This document shows positions 10,818 to 21,407 of a stretch of DNA of 64,000 nucleotides, piece by piece (positions within the stretch are counted from its first letter, which is position 1; each line of letters begins with the position of its first letter). The position numbers were made by a program, and so were the translations under genes. The DNA is from a candidate division FCPU426 bacterium (lineage in GTDB: Bacteria; Oederibacteriota; Muellerivitia; Muellerivitales; Muellerivitaceae): positions 1-64,000 of the forward strand of contig CAWCKJ010000013.1 of NCBI GenBank assembly GCA_963796105.1, given 5' to 3'. The notes under the pieces are model-generated. The model saw nothing but the letters and a program-made list of their open reading frames with translations, searched no databases and was not told the origin of the DNA.

Positions 10818-11410
10818 CTGAACCGAAAAAGGAGGATGAGCATTCCATTCTTGACCTCATTGAGCAGGAACCCAAGAAAAAGGGATACACCTGGAAAATC
10901 ATCATTGGACTCATTGTGGCCGTGGTTGGTTTGGGGTCCACCCTCTTTTGGGGAAAAACCGCCCAAGTTGTTGATTCAAAGAAGGATGTTTCTGTGGAAA
11001 GTTCCCAAACGGTGGGGAAAGACCCCCAATACGGGGACGTAACCGACTTCGCGGAGAAGTTCAGCATCATGGCTTTCAACATCAGTTATACGGACATCAA
11101 CCATCAGGTGGACAAGGTGGCGGGTCTTATGAGTGACAACATGATGTCCTATTACCAGGAGGCTTTTTTGGACCCCAAGTGGGTCGCCTTTCTATCGGAT
11201 AACAAAGCTTATGTCTCCTACCAGCAGATCGACCGGTCGAGTGTGGAGAACACGGACGGGACCCATTACTGGGTGAAGGTTATCGGGAAGAACCTTTACA
11301 ACTCGGATGCCAGGGGCCAAGGGTCACAGATTGAGTTGCCTTTCCATTTAGTCGTAGTGGTCAAGAAGGACAACGGAAAACTTATTGTGACGGATTTCCA
11401 GAGGTTTTAG
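10814..11410 (+). CDS. VirB8/TcpC-like bitopic T4SS protein
   Basis: Single N-terminal TM followed by an NTF2-like-sized domain; coupled to virB4. Confidence 0.5.
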   Translation: MTEPKKEDEHSILDLIEQEPKKKGYTWKIIIGLIVAVVGLGSTLFWGKTAQVVDSKKDVSVESSQTVGKDPQYGDVTDFAEKFSIMAFNISYTDINHQVDKVAGLMSDNMMSYYQEAFLDPKWVAFLSDNKAYVSYQQIDRSSVENTDGTHYWVKVIGKNLYNSDARGQGSQIELPFHLVVVVKKDNGKLIVTDFQRF

Positions 11411-11412
11411 CC

Positions 11413-12885
11413 ATGGAAGAGAATGTACTTCAAATCAACCCGGAATTAGCCAGGCGGTGCCTTCAATCCGCCCATTTGTGCATGGAAACAAACCGGTTCA
11501 AGGAAGCCTTGAAGCTTTTTGACGAGATTATCGGAAAACACCAGCCTCAGAACGTGGAAGCTCACCTGGAATCCGCGAAGATATACGCCATATACAAACA
11601 GCCCAATTCCATCCTCAAAGTGATTAACCGGCTTCATAATTTTTCCCCGAAGACTCCGGAAAGCCTCGTTCTTCTTGCCCGCGCCCAACTTCAGATGAGC
11701 CTCTATTCCGATTGTCGGGAAAGTCTAAGGGAGATTTTTACCATACAGAGGGATTTTCCTGAGGCAGTGGCTTTGGAGGGGGAATTGTGCATTAGGACGG
11801 CGAAATATGAAAGCGCCGTCGAGAAGTTTGAGTCCTTAAGCCTCCGGTATCCCAAGAATTACAACTATTTGACTTTCCTGGCCGTTTCCCATTTTGCCAG
11901 CGGTAAATTCCACCGGACCATCACCCTTTGTACCACCCTCATGCAAGCAGGGGTTTCAGACCCCAAAATCACCCGGCTTTATGAAATGGCGAAAACAAAA
12001 AGACGGCACGAGGCCTTGGGAAAACTGAAGAAAGTAAAACCACTCAAATGGCTGTTTGCCCAACTCTTCGATCCATTCCTGGAAAAGGAAATGAGGGCCG
12101 AATCGGAAAGCCAGACCACCCAGGAGGATCTTGTTCAGGAAACCTTGGTGGACCACAGGACCGGTCTTTTGAACGATAGGGCGGCGATGCTGCAAATCCC
12201 AGCCCTTGCCGCCAGGAGAAAGAACCACTTTTACGTTGCCATGGCTGATATCGACTTTTTCAAATCCTTTAACGACGTCCATTACAACCACCAGGTCGGA
12301 AATTCGGTCTTGAAAGCCTTGGCAAAGGCGGGACAACAAATCTTCACCAAAAACAAAATTTGGCGTTACGGCGGTGAGGAAATCGTCTGGGTTCTGGACG
12401 GGTCAGAAGCCGAAGTCGTCGAAAAAGCCGAACAGTTCAGGAAGCAATGCGAGGAAAAAGTCGTGGGGGAAGCGAATGAGATCAACCAAAAGGAGGACAT
12501 CCGGCACTTTACGGACGGATTGGACCACAAGAAGGACGACCCGTTCCTTATCCATTACCCGGTGACGATCAGCCAGGCCGTTGTGGAATGGGGGGAAGAC
12601 GGGACAAATCTGGAAGGAATCCTAACGGCGGCGGATCACGGCCTTTACGCGGCTAAGGAAGGCGGAAGGAACACGGTTGTTTTCCGGGGAACCCCCAGGT
12701 GCGTCGGGCTCAAGCCGGTCAAGTACACCCCCGAGATGCTTGGAATCCTTCACAAGTTTAGCGTCAAGAAAGGGTCCTCAAACTGGTGGGCCTATTTGGA
12801 GACTGTCGATGAGAAGGCGAAAAACGATGCTTTGGAATATGCCAGGAACACACTGGCCGACATGGAGGTGCTAAAGAAAATATAG
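11413..12885 (+). CDS. TPR-domain diguanylate cyclase
   Basis: N-terminal TPRs; DHRTGLLN, DIDFFKSFND, RYGGEEI, AD.GLY.AK.GGRN motifs. Confidence 0.9.
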   Translation: MEENVLQINPELARRCLQSAHLCMETNRFKEALKLFDEIIGKHQPQNVEAHLESAKIYAIYKQPNSILKVINRLHNFSPKTPESLVLLARAQLQMSLYSDCRESLREIFTIQRDFPEAVALEGELCIRTAKYESAVEKFESLSLRYPKNYNYLTFLAVSHFASGKFHRTITLCTTLMQAGVSDPKITRLYEMAKTKRRHEALGKLKKVKPLKWLFAQLFDPFLEKEMRAESESQTTQEDLVQETLVDHRTGLLNDRAAMLQIPALAARRKNHFYVAMADIDFFKSFNDVHYNHQVGNSVLKALAKAGQQIFTKNKIWRYGGEEIVWVLDGSEAEVVEKAEQFRKQCEEKVVGEANEINQKEDIRHFTDGLDHKKDDPFLIHYPVTISQAVVEWGEDGTNLEGILTAADHGLYAAKEGGRNTVVFRGTPRCVGLKPVKYTPEMLGILHKFSVKKGSSNWWAYLETVDEKAKNDALEYARNTLADMEVLKKI

Positions 12886-12922
12886 TTTCGCATTGGTTAT
12901 TAATTTCAAAAGGAGAAAGAAC

Positions 12923-13264
12923 ATGGGTTTAAAAGTCAGGATTACCAGGATGTTTCCCTATGACGGGGAACACACGAAGGCTTTTGTAGGAGCCAAAGTC
13001 CAGATATCCGGTCGTGTTTTTGGTTACAACGAATTGACGCTCGTTAAAAAGAAAGAAGGGAATGGTTTGTTCCTAGGTCTTCCTTCTAGGCCTGGAAGGC
13101 AGGAGGGGGAGTATCACGATATTTGTTACATGGACCCGAACACGCGAAAAGACATTGAGAAAGTCGCAATCGCCGAGTACGAGAAGAAAATCAAGGAAAG
13201 CGCACAGGTGCCCATAGAGGATAACCAGGGAATGAGGGAAGAACGGAGAAAAGTGAAAAGGTGA
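12923..13264 (+). CDS. SpoVG-family nucleic-acid-binding protein, paralog 1
   Basis: ITRM.P....TKAF..., GLFLGLPSR....GEYHDIC....TRKDIEK.....Y pattern. Confidence 0.8.
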   Translation: MGLKVRITRMFPYDGEHTKAFVGAKVQISGRVFGYNELTLVKKKEGNGLFLGLPSRPGRQEGEYHDICYMDPNTRKDIEKVAIAEYEKKIKESAQVPIEDNQGMREERRKVKR

Positions 13265-13294
13265 GGGGCGGATTAAAAATCAACGGAGGCACAA

Positions 13295-13597
13295 ATGGCT
13301 TTAAAGATCAAAGTGACGAGGATGTACCCCTATGAAGGGGAGAACACCCAGGCGTTTTTCGACGTTAAGGTCGCAATATCGAGTTACGAGTTCTTTTTCA
13401 ATGACCTGACTTTGGTGAAGAAGAAGGATGGCGATGGGTTATTTGTGGGTTTCCCATCCAGGCCGGGCAAAAAGGATGGGGAGTATTTCCACTTCTGCAA
13501 CGCCAACAAGAAAGCCAAGGAAGAGATCGAAAAGGCGGCGGTCGTGGAATTTAAAAAGAAATCCAAGGCCAAGGAAATCGCCCCAGCCGGGGAATAA
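13295..13597 (+). CDS. SpoVG-family nucleic-acid-binding protein, paralog 2
   Basis: GLFVGFPSRPGKKDGEYF motif; clearly similar to the upstream ORF. Confidence 0.8.
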   Translation: MALKIKVTRMYPYEGENTQAFFDVKVAISSYEFFFNDLTLVKKKDGDGLFVGFPSRPGKKDGEYFHFCNANKKAKEEIEKAAVVEFKKKSKAKEIAPAGE

Positions 13598-13612
13598 TCG
13601 GGAGTTAAGGAA

Positions 13613-13891
13613 ATGGCCGAAGACAGGCGAAGAAGCGACAGGCGGAATAAGAATCAGGATTATCTCTTGACGGACGGCAAGGTCGCGGAATTGGCAGGAG
13701 TGTCAATCCACACGGTCAAATATTGGCGGATGATGGGGACCTTGCCGTTTGTAAAGTTAGGCCGTCATCCGAGGGTGTGGTTTTCGGTCTTTCAGAAGGC
13801 CTTTCACAAACCCGACGCTAACGGCCCTTGGGAGTTGGTGGATAAATCTGGTAAAATACCTCCTGCACGGGACATTAGGAGGAAGCAATGA
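13613..13891 (+). CDS. Excisionase-like HTH protein
   Basis: LLTDGKVAELAGVSIHTVKYWRMMGTLPFVKLGRHPR (HTH_17/MerR-like); overlaps the integrase start. Confidence 0.8.
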   Translation: MAEDRRRSDRRNKNQDYLLTDGKVAELAGVSIHTVKYWRMMGTLPFVKLGRHPRVWFSVFQKAFHKPDANGPWELVDKSGKIPPARDIRRKQ

Positions 13892-14973
13892 GTAAACCTA
13901 ATGTTCACGGATTACCCCAACATCTTCGAAGAGATAATTGGGGATATTTCCTGGATTACTTCATCCAGGAAGGAGGGATAAGGAAGCGAAATAGGGTAAG
14001 GCTGGGAGAAATACCCTTGGAAAAGGCCAAGAAGATTTTGGCCCAACACATGCAGGCCATCGTTGAACATAAATTTTTGGATGTTGATAAGCCAAAGATT
14101 ACTTTTAACGAGGCTGCTGAAGGGTTCCTTGCTTACTCAAGGTCGAGGAAGAAAACTTTCAGGAGGGATGGCGAGATGATAGCCACTCTTGGAAAATTTT
14201 TCGATAACCGGCCATTGGAAAGCCTGACGTTGGACCTGATCGAGGAATACGTCACGTTCAGGAGAAAACAAAGGCCAACCCTAATGGGCTCAAGCCTAAA
14301 CCGTGAGATCGCTAGTTTGAAGGCGATTATCAATCGAGCGATAAGAAACGGCCAGCTTGAGAAAAACCCGATTTCGTTCTTTAAGTTTTTTAAGGAAACG
14401 CCGCGAAATAGGACGCTGACCCCTGACGAGTACAAGCGTTTACTGGAAAATTGCTCGGGACGTACAAGGATTTTCGTGCAATTAGCCTATGTGACCGCCA
14501 TGCGTAAGGGGGAAATCATGGGGCTTCGTTGGGATCAGGTGGACTTTCCGCACAAAGTAATTGTCCTGGAAGCGTCTGATACCAAGACCTTGGAGAAAAG
14601 GGAAGTGCCTCTGGACGAAGAGTTGGCGGAAATGCTTCGGCAGATTCCTTTAACCCTGGGGTGCCCATACGTGTTTACCTTCAAGGGTAAACGCATCTTG
14701 GACATAAAGACGAACTTCAACTCGGCGTGTAGGCGGGCTGGGATCAAGGGGTTTCATTTCCATGATCTCAGGCATTGCGCCGTCACGAACATGAGGAAGG
14801 CCGGGGTTCCAGACAACGTGATCATGAGCATCAGCGGCCATAAGACGACCTCTATGTTCAGGCGTTATGATGCGGTGGATAGGTTTGATCGTCATAAGGC
14901 TTTGGAACAGTTAAGGCTGAATGACAAGTCGTTAAAGTTGAATGACAACCATATGACAAGTGTGAGCCAATAG
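13888..14973 (+). CDS. int: Tyrosine recombinase/integrase
   Basis: TAMRKGEI (R), HDLRH (HxxR), SGHKT, RRYD (Y). Confidence 0.95.
   Translation: MSKPNVHGLPQHLRRDNWGYFLDYFIQEGGIRKRNRVRLGEIPLEKAKKILAQHMQAIVEHKFLDVDKPKITFNEAAEGFLAYSRSRKKTFRRDGEMIATLGKFFDNRPLESLTLDLIEEYVTFRRKQRPTLMGSSLNREIASLKAIINRAIRNGQLEKNPISFFKFFKETPRNRTLTPDEYKRLLENCSGRTRIFVQLAYVTAMRKGEIMGLRWDQVDFPHKVIVLEASDTKTLEKREVPLDEELAEMLRQIPLTLGCPYVFTFKGKRILDIKTNFNSACRRAGIKGFHFHDLRHCAVTNMRKAGVPDNVIMSISGHKTTSMFRRYDAVDRFDRHKALEQLRLNDKSLKLNDNHMTSVSQ
14910..14960 (+). repeat. Tandem ATGACAA direct repeats, candidate integrase arm-type sites
   Basis: gttaaggctgaATGACAAgtc gttaaagttgaATGACAAccatATGACAAg, ~100 bp from the att core. Confidence 0.55.
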
Positions 14974-15060
14974 CTTCTTCGGAAGTTTTGGCACCCTGCG
15001 GAAGTTGTTGGTAGTAAATGGTTTTGGAGACACTGACAGCGCATTTTATTTTTTGAGATG

Positions 15061-15109
15061 GCTGTTCGTAAACAGCAGGTCGCCGGTCCGATCCCGGTCC
15101 CCAGCTCCA
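15061..15109 (+). other. att site: 3' fragment of tRNA-Thr(CGT)
   Basis: Anticodon arm GCTGT-TCGTAA-ACAGC, T-arm CCGG-TCCGATC-CCGG, acceptor 3' strand CCCCAGC-T-CCA; no 5' acceptor strand or D-arm upstream. Confidence 0.8.
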
Positions 15110-15403
15110 TATTTAATCGTTTAAATTTTCAGTAAAATTGACGTATATCAACTATTTGGGAATCGCAGCTGAGTGAAACTTGAGAAATTTGATATTTTTG
15201 TTATTAAAGTTAGGTTTTACGTTAATTCATTGTATTCAGGAGTTTATTTCTATTTTAAGCGGTTCCTTTTATAAATGCTTTCTTGTTGTGAATTGGCACG
15301 TTTACAAAACCATGTATTGGCGATACTATTACGAAAACGATATCAATCAACACATCAAAAGCATTTTAAATTTTTGAAGAAATTTGAAAGCGATTCAAAC
15401 CCA

Positions 15404-18400
15404 ATGATAATTAAAAAATTAACGGTTGTATCTTTACTTTTATTATGCGGTTTGTTAACCCGACCAGTTTTTTCACAAGCTATAAATTCTGGAAGTCCTA
15501 CCTGTTCCTTCCCGCACAATGTTCAATACGCAAACGGAATGCGTATTTCTGAGTATACCTATGCCCAACAAAATGCCGCTGTGTCAGCCATGTATAACAC
15601 ATGGTATGCGAATTTCGTCACAAGCAACAACGCCGGCACTGGGGGGCTGAGAGTCCAAAGATTGGAAAATTCAAACGACACGGTTTCCGAAGGTATCGGT
15701 TATGGCATGGTAATCGCGGTCATGATGGCGGACCAAACCCTGTTCAACGGTTTATATACCTATGCTAACGCAAACAAGGATGGAAATGGTTTAATGCAAT
15801 GGACTTGCCCGGGAGGAACTGGATGCACGGGTAATAACGCGACTGACGCGGATGAGGACATCGCCATGGCACTCTTAATGGGCGGCGTCCAGTGGAATAA
15901 CACTACTTACACCAATGCGGGTGTTACTTGGGTAAAGAATATCTACGCTCATGACATTGTGAGTAGTGTCGTTACGGGGGGTGATAGTAATACTGGTGTT
16001 GTTTATCCCGACTATTGCATGCCCGCCTGGTATAGGTGTTTTGCGACCGTGGATACCACGGATACCACCGGGTGGAATAATGTTACGACGTGGGTTTACA
16101 ATACTTTATTTCCTGATTTGCATTCCCAATGGGGTTACGGTTTTATTCCGAACGAAGTTAATAATGATGGCACTTTTCATAGCGCCCTTTCTGTCGGCGG
16201 AGAGACTGCGACTAATCATGGATACGATGCTTCCCGTATGGGTTATCGCATCGGTGTCGATGCGTTATGGAATGGGACAAATGCTCCGGTTACAAATTTC
16301 GCTAATGCTATTCAGGCTGGCGTCACAGGTACGACCTACGGCAGTTTCGCAAATTATGTACAGGAATATTGGAATGCGGGTAGCGGGGCTCCGTGCACTC
16401 AAAATGGTCCGGGAACAAGTTCTCCTTGCTCTTCGCTTCAAATGGGTCCGGTGGTTGTGGCTTGCATGTCGTTGCCCAATAACGCCACGAACCAGTCTTT
16501 CTTGAACGCGGCTTACACTGAATTTATCTCGCGCGTTAACAGTGGTACCTGTCCCGGGCCGGCTTGCGGTTGTCCTAATAATCAAAAAACTTATTTCCTG
16601 GATTGCTTGTCGATGATGTCAATATTGGTTGCCACTGGCAACTATCCAAATATTAAATGCGGAACTAACGCCTGTGTTATGGGAACACCGGTTCCTACGC
16701 CAACCCCCGTTCCTTGTTTCATGCTCGATGATTTAGAGGATGATAACCTTCTAAATAATACGAATGGAACGTGGTTTTGCATCGCTTACGCCAGCGTAAA
16801 TAGCACGCCGGTCGCTACGCCTGTTGGTATCGCCACTTCTACTGGAAGTGTCTCCATTTTGAGTTCGGGTGGGGCCAACAGCACCAATTGGTCTGCACAA
16901 GTTTCCGGGTACTTCCAACTAAACGGTGGCACCACGACGGTCGGCGCTCCTTGGAATGCGGCTGAAACTGTTTATTCCGGTTTTGGAATCGGGACTTCTA
17001 TCAGCTCTGGTTATCAAAATTGGTCCGCGCCAACATCCCTCGTCAGTATTTCTTTCTACGTAAAGTCCTCAGCTCCCACTACCCTTCGCATGAATTGTTA
17101 TTATCCTCCAATCGATCCTTCAACCGGTGGTAATGCGAACCAGTTTGGTTATACATTTCCTGTTGCCACGGCTAATACTTGGACTCTTGAGACTATTCCT
17201 TATGCGCAAATTACCGCTCAATCTTGGGGTGAACCGTTGGGAAAAGGACCAGTAACCTATACTGAGGCTCAAGCTTTGAGCCAAATTACTAATCTCAATT
17301 GGCAAACTGCTGGAACTCCTCAAACATTTAATTTCTGGATTGATCAGGTTTGTCTTGCGTTTGATACAACGAGTGGTGGTGTCACTATACCTCCGACTGC
17401 TACCCCGATTTCAAGCGGTTTCACTTCTACATTTACCCCAACAAATACGTTAACCAGGACAAACACAGCGACAAGCACTCTGACACCCACCCAGACTCAG
17501 ACGGCAACACCGACTCGGAGCAACACGTCGACGAACACAATGACGATGACATCGACGCCTACCCAGACGGCAACCCCTACCAGAAGCAATACGCCTACTA
17601 ACACTTCTACTGCCACGAATACCCTGACTCCGACGCAGACCCCGACTAGGACGAATACACCCACGAATACTCAGACGAATACGTCCACGAGCACCGCGAC
17701 TCCCACACCGACTTTGACTCAGACCAGGACAAATACGGCAACAAATACTCAGACCAATACAGCCACGAATACGGTGACATCCACTCCGACCCCGACTAGG
17801 ACAAACACGCCGACCAATACGATTACGGCTACCTCCACTAGTACTCAGACGAATACAGCCACGAATACGGCGACATCTACGGCTACCCCGACCAGGACGA
17901 ATACTGCAACCAATACACCCACAGCAACCTCAACGAATACCCCAACAAATACGGCGACATCCACGGCTACCCTAACCAGAACTAATACGTCGACCAATAC
18001 AGTTACAGCTACCTCCACCAGTACACAGACGAATACAGCCACGAATACGATGACCTCCACCGCCACTCCGACCAGGACGAATACGGCAACCAGTACCGCT
18101 ACTAATACTTTGACTAGTACGGCCACGAATACGGTGACCTCCACCGCCACCCCGACCAGGACGAATACGGCAACCAATACAGCCACGGCTACCTCAACGA
18201 ATACCTCTACCAATACAGCGACATCAACCCCAACAAGGACGAATACACCGACCAGCACGGCAACTCCGACAGTGACTCCAACTGCGACCAATACCAGCAC
18301 TGGAACCACGCCGCCAACGAACACACCGACGATTACGCCGACACGTACATCAACGCCGACAGCGACGAATACGGCGACTTCGACCGCGACTCCGACAAGC

Positions 18401-21265
18401 ACGTCAACCAGTACGCCTACAGCGACGCCGACTCGCACGTCGACACCTACATCTACGAATACCTCGACGAACACGCCTACAGCGACGCCGACGAGTACCT
18501 TGACCAGCACAAGGACAAATACGCCCACTAGCACATCCACGCCGACAGTGACTCCAACTGCGACCAATACCAGTACTGGAACCACGTCGCCGACGAACAC
18601 TCCGACGATTACACCGACGCGTACATCGACGCCAACTGTGACGAATACGTCGACCTCGACCTCGACCCCGACGAGTACGTCAACCAGCACGCCTACGGCG
18701 ACGCCGACTCGTACGTCGACACCTACATCCACGAATACCTCGACCAATACAGTCACCAATACGGCGACACCCACATCAACGCTAACAAGGACAAATACGC
18801 CCACTAGCACGTCCACACCGACAGTGACTCCGACCGCGACCAATACCAGTACTGGAACCACGTCGCCGACGAACACTCCGACGATTACACCGACGCGTAC
18901 ATCGACGCCGACAGCGACGAATACAGCGACCTCGACCGCGACCCCGACGAGTACGTCAACCAGCACGCCTACGGCGACGCCGACTCGTACGTCGACACCT
19001 ACATCCACGAATACCTCGACCAATACAGTCACCAATACGGCGACACCCACATCAACGCTAACAAGGACAAATACGCCCACTAGCACGTCCACACCGACAG
19101 TGACTCCGACCGCGACCAATACCAGTACTGGAACCACGTCGCCGACGAACACTCCGACGATTACACCGACGCGTACATCGACGCCGACAGCGACGAATAC
19201 AGCGACTTCGACCGCGACCCCGACGAGTACGCCAACCAGCACGCCTACGGCGACGCCGACTCGTACGTCGACACCTACATCCTCGAACACGCCGACGAAT
19301 ACGTCCACCAACACACCGACGAGTACAGCTACATCCACGTTGACGAGCACCTTGACCAGCACAAGGACAAATACGCCCACTAACACGGCAACTCCGACGG
19401 TGACTCTAACCGCGACCAATACCAGCACGGGAACTCAGTCACCCACGAATTCACCGACGATCACGTCCACGGTCACAAATACGCCGACGCATACATCAAC
19501 ACCAACGGCGACTAATACGCCGACCCCGACGAGTACGTCCACTAGCACGCCCACGGCGACGCCGACACGCACGTCGACTTCAACCTCCACGAATACCTTG
19601 ACGAACACGCCTACAGCGACGCCGACGGTTACCAATACTTTGACACATACTTCGACGCCTACGCCGACACCAACGGCTACAAACACGTCCACTAATACGC
19701 CTACAGCGACGGCGACGCATACGCCAACTTCTACGTACACGTCAACGAATACCTCCACGAATACACCGACGGCAACAAACACCAATACCCCGACGGTGAC
19801 GCCGACTGCGACTAATACCAGTACGGGGACTCAGTCGCCCACGAGCACACCGACAATAACATCCACAGTTACCAACACGCCGACTCGAACATCAACACCA
19901 ACATCTACCAGCACGCCGACTCCAACCCCGACAGCAACTGCGACCAATACTTTGACTAGCACGAGAACGAATACGGCTACAAATACACCCACTAACACGT
20001 CAACAAATACTCCTACACCGACGAGCACGTTAACCAACACGAGGACGAGTACGCCGACCAACACGTCCACGAATACTCCTACGCCGACGGATACGTTAAC
20101 CAACACGAGGACGAATACACCTACTAACACGCAGACTCCGACGGTAACACCGACTGCGACTAATACTAGTACGGGGACTCAGTCGCCGACAAACACGCCG
20201 ACGATAACACCTACTGTCACGAATACACTGACGCATACTTCGACACCAACGTCTACGGCAACCCCGACGGCGACGAGTACGTTTACAAATACTTTGACGC
20301 CGACAGCGACATCGACATTCACAAATACTCTGACGAACACACTGACACCTACACCTACGGCTACAGCGACGTCTACTCCGACGAATACATTCACTGCGAC
20401 CCCGACATTTACGTTTACGCCGACATCCACAAGAACGGGCACGCCCACAAACACATCTACAAATACGTTTACATGGACAAATACTCCGACCAACACGCCT
20501 ACAGTTACGCTAACTCCGACGCCGACGGTGGTGACTTTACAAGTTGCGCAGGGGTCACCAGCGCCTCCTAATACGAATCAAATACCAGGGGCATCCGGGG
20601 TAACTGTGCAACAGGCTCAAGTGACAAACCCGAGCAACAATCCTGCGACTATTACCACTCTCGTTTTGACAGATACAAGCACAGGGAATCCTTCAAGCGA
20701 CATTACATTAGTGACGGTGTATGAGAATGGAACAGCTGTTGGTACTGGGACGTTCAGTGGGACAACATCTACGGTCACTTTGACCAATCCTGTTGTGGTG
20801 AATGGCGGCGGAACGGTTACATTCGAGGAAACAGTGACGATTTCAACCACGGCGTCCGGAACGGATCAATTTAGCTTAACGGGATTGACGGGAACAATTA
20901 ACGGCCAGCCGACGACTTCGCAGGGTTTACCGGTTCAAGGGGCTCAGGTCACGGTTTTGGCGCCAACTGCAACTGCGGTGGTGTCAAATACGGCGGTAGT
21001 TGTGGCTCCGAATCCAGCGGATGGGACACAACCAGTGAGCGTGATTGTACCGATGACAATGTCAGCTTCGGATGTTAAGGTTCAAGTGTTTACTACAGCC
21101 TTCAGGAAAGTTCAGGAGAAAACCTATCCATCGCTTCCAGCGGATCGAAAAGTTGAGGTTAGGTTGGTGGACGATTGGAATAAGCCTCTTGCTAGCGGTA
21201 TATACTATGTGGTGATACACACTTCCAAAGGTCGTTCTGTTGGTAAATTACTACTCTTGAGATAG
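15404..21265 (+). CDS. Secreted GH8 glycoside hydrolase + CBM11/CIA30-like module + ~1000-aa Thr/Pro stalk + Ig-like domain + T9SS-like C-terminal domain
   Basis: Signal peptide from ATG 15404; [24 protein letters not shown] (GH8); LDDLED...[13 protein letters not shown]...SGIYYV...GKLLLLR. Confidence 0.85.
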   Translation: MIIKKLTVVSLLLLCGLLTRPVFSQAINSGSPTCSFPHNVQYANGMRISEYTYAQQNAAVSAMYNTWYANFVTSNNAGTGGLRVQRLENSNDTVSEGIGYGMVIAVMMADQTLFNGLYTYANANKDGNGLMQWTCPGGTGCTGNNATDADEDIAMALLMGGVQWNNTTYTNAGVTWVKNIYAHDIVSSVVTGGDSNTGVVYPDYCMPAWYRCFATVDTTDTTGWNNVTTWVYNTLFPDLHSQWGYGFIPNEVNNDGTFHSALSVGGETATNHGYDASRMGYRIGVDALWNGTNAPVTNFANAIQAGVTGTTYGSFANYVQEYWNAGSGAPCTQNGPGTSSPCSSLQMGPVVVACMSLPNNATNQSFLNAAYTEFISRVNSGTCPGPACGCPNNQKTYFLDCLSMMSILVATGNYPNIKCGTNACVMGTPVPTPTPVPCFMLDDLEDDNLLNNTNGTWFCIAYASVNSTPVATPVGIATSTGSVSILSSGGANSTNWSAQVSGYFQLNGGTTTVGAPWNAAETVYSGFGIGTSISSGYQNWSAPTSLVSISFYVKSSAPTTLRMNCYYPPIDPSTGGNANQFGYTFPVATANTWTLETIPYAQITAQSWGEPLGKGPVTYTEAQALSQITNLNWQTAGTPQTFNFWIDQVCLAFDTTSGGVTIPPTATPISSGFTSTFTPTNTLTRTNTATSTLTPTQTQTATPTRSNTSTNTMTMTSTPTQTATPTRSNTPTNTSTATNTLTPTQTPTRTNTPTNTQTNTSTSTATPTPTLTQTRTNTATNTQTNTATNTVTSTPTPTRTNTPTNTITATSTSTQTNTATNTATSTATPTRTNTATNTPTATSTNTPTNTATSTATLTRTNTSTNTVTATSTSTQTNTATNTMTSTATPTRTNTATSTATNTLTSTATNTVTSTATPTRTNTATNTATATSTNTSTNTATSTPTRTNTPTSTATPTVTPTATNTSTGTTPPTNTPTITPTRTSTPTATNTATSTATPTSTSTSTPTATPTRTSTPTSTNTSTNTPTATPTSTLTSTRTNTPTSTSTPTVTPTATNTSTGTTSPTNTPTITPTRTSTPTVTNTSTSTSTPTSTSTSTPTATPTRTSTPTSTNTSTNTVTNTATPTSTLTRTNTPTSTSTPTVTPTATNTSTGTTSPTNTPTITPTRTSTPTATNTATSTATPTSTSTSTPTATPTRTSTPTSTNTSTNTVTNTATPTSTLTRTNTPTSTSTPTVTPTATNTSTGTTSPTNTPTITPTRTSTPTATNTATSTATPTSTPTSTPTATPTRTSTPTSSNTPTNTSTNTPTSTATSTLTSTLTSTRTNTPTNTATPTVTLTATNTSTGTQSPTNSPTITSTVTNTPTHTSTPTATNTPTPTSTSTSTPTATPTRTSTSTSTNTLTNTPTATPTVTNTLTHTSTPTPTPTATNTSTNTPTATATHTPTSTYTSTNTSTNTPTATNTNTPTVTPTATNTSTGTQSPTSTPTITSTVTNTPTRTSTPTSTSTPTPTPTATATNTLTSTRTNTATNTPTNTSTNTPTPTSTLTNTRTSTPTNTSTNTPTPTDTLTNTRTNTPTNTQTPTVTPTATNTSTGTQSPTNTPTITPTVTNTLTHTSTPTSTATPTATSTFTNTLTPTATSTFTNTLTNTLTPTPTATATSTPTNTFTATPTFTFTPTSTRTGTPTNTSTNTFTWTNTPTNTPTVTLTPTPTVVTLQVAQGSPAPPNTNQIPGASGVTVQQAQVTNPSNNPATITTLVLTDTSTGNPSSDITLVTVYENGTAVGTGTFSGTTSTVTLTNPVVVNGGGTVTFEETVTISTTASGTDQFSLTGLTGTINGQPTTSQGLPVQGAQVTVLAPTATAVVSNTAVVVAPNPADGTQPVSVIVPMTMSASDVKVQVFTTAFRKVQEKTYPSLPADRKVEVRLVDDWNKPLASGIYYVVIHTSKGRSVGKLLLLR
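17457..21262 (+). repeat. Long direct repeat, copy 1 (stalk + C-terminus)
   Basis: Near-identical to 32184-35929; offset 14727 before and 14667 after a 60-bp indel. Confidence 0.95.
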
Positions 21266-21407
21266 AAAACCTCCGTTTCCTTCCGAAAATAAAATAAATT
21301 TATAATATTATTTTCATTTTCTTGAATATATTTATTCAGAAAAATTCTAGTACCGCTTTGAATTCAAAATACTTAGTTTTGGTATTAAAACTCGATAAAA
21401 TAATCAA

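Larger units (their letters stand above)
1..15109. mobile_element. Integrative (ICE-like) element, right part; left boundary lies outside the window
   Basis: VirB4/VirB6/VirB3-like genes, excisionase and tyrosine integrase, followed directly by a 3' tRNA-Thr fragment; composition drops to AT-rich after 15110. Confidence 0.85.

Noticed and set aside
15035..15109. Complete tRNA-Thr
   Set aside because: No 5' acceptor strand or D-arm; only the 3' part is present
14892..15110. 72-aa minus-strand ORF MELGTGIGPAT...
   Set aside because: Typical spurious antisense translation of a tRNA sequence
17457..20520. CRISPR array or non-coding repeat array
   Set aside because: Repeats are in-frame coding with synonymous variation; no unique spacers and no cas genes
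17845..20850. Long Val-rich minus-strand ORFs (also 32572-35517)
   Set aside because: Antisense shadows of ACN-rich Thr repeats
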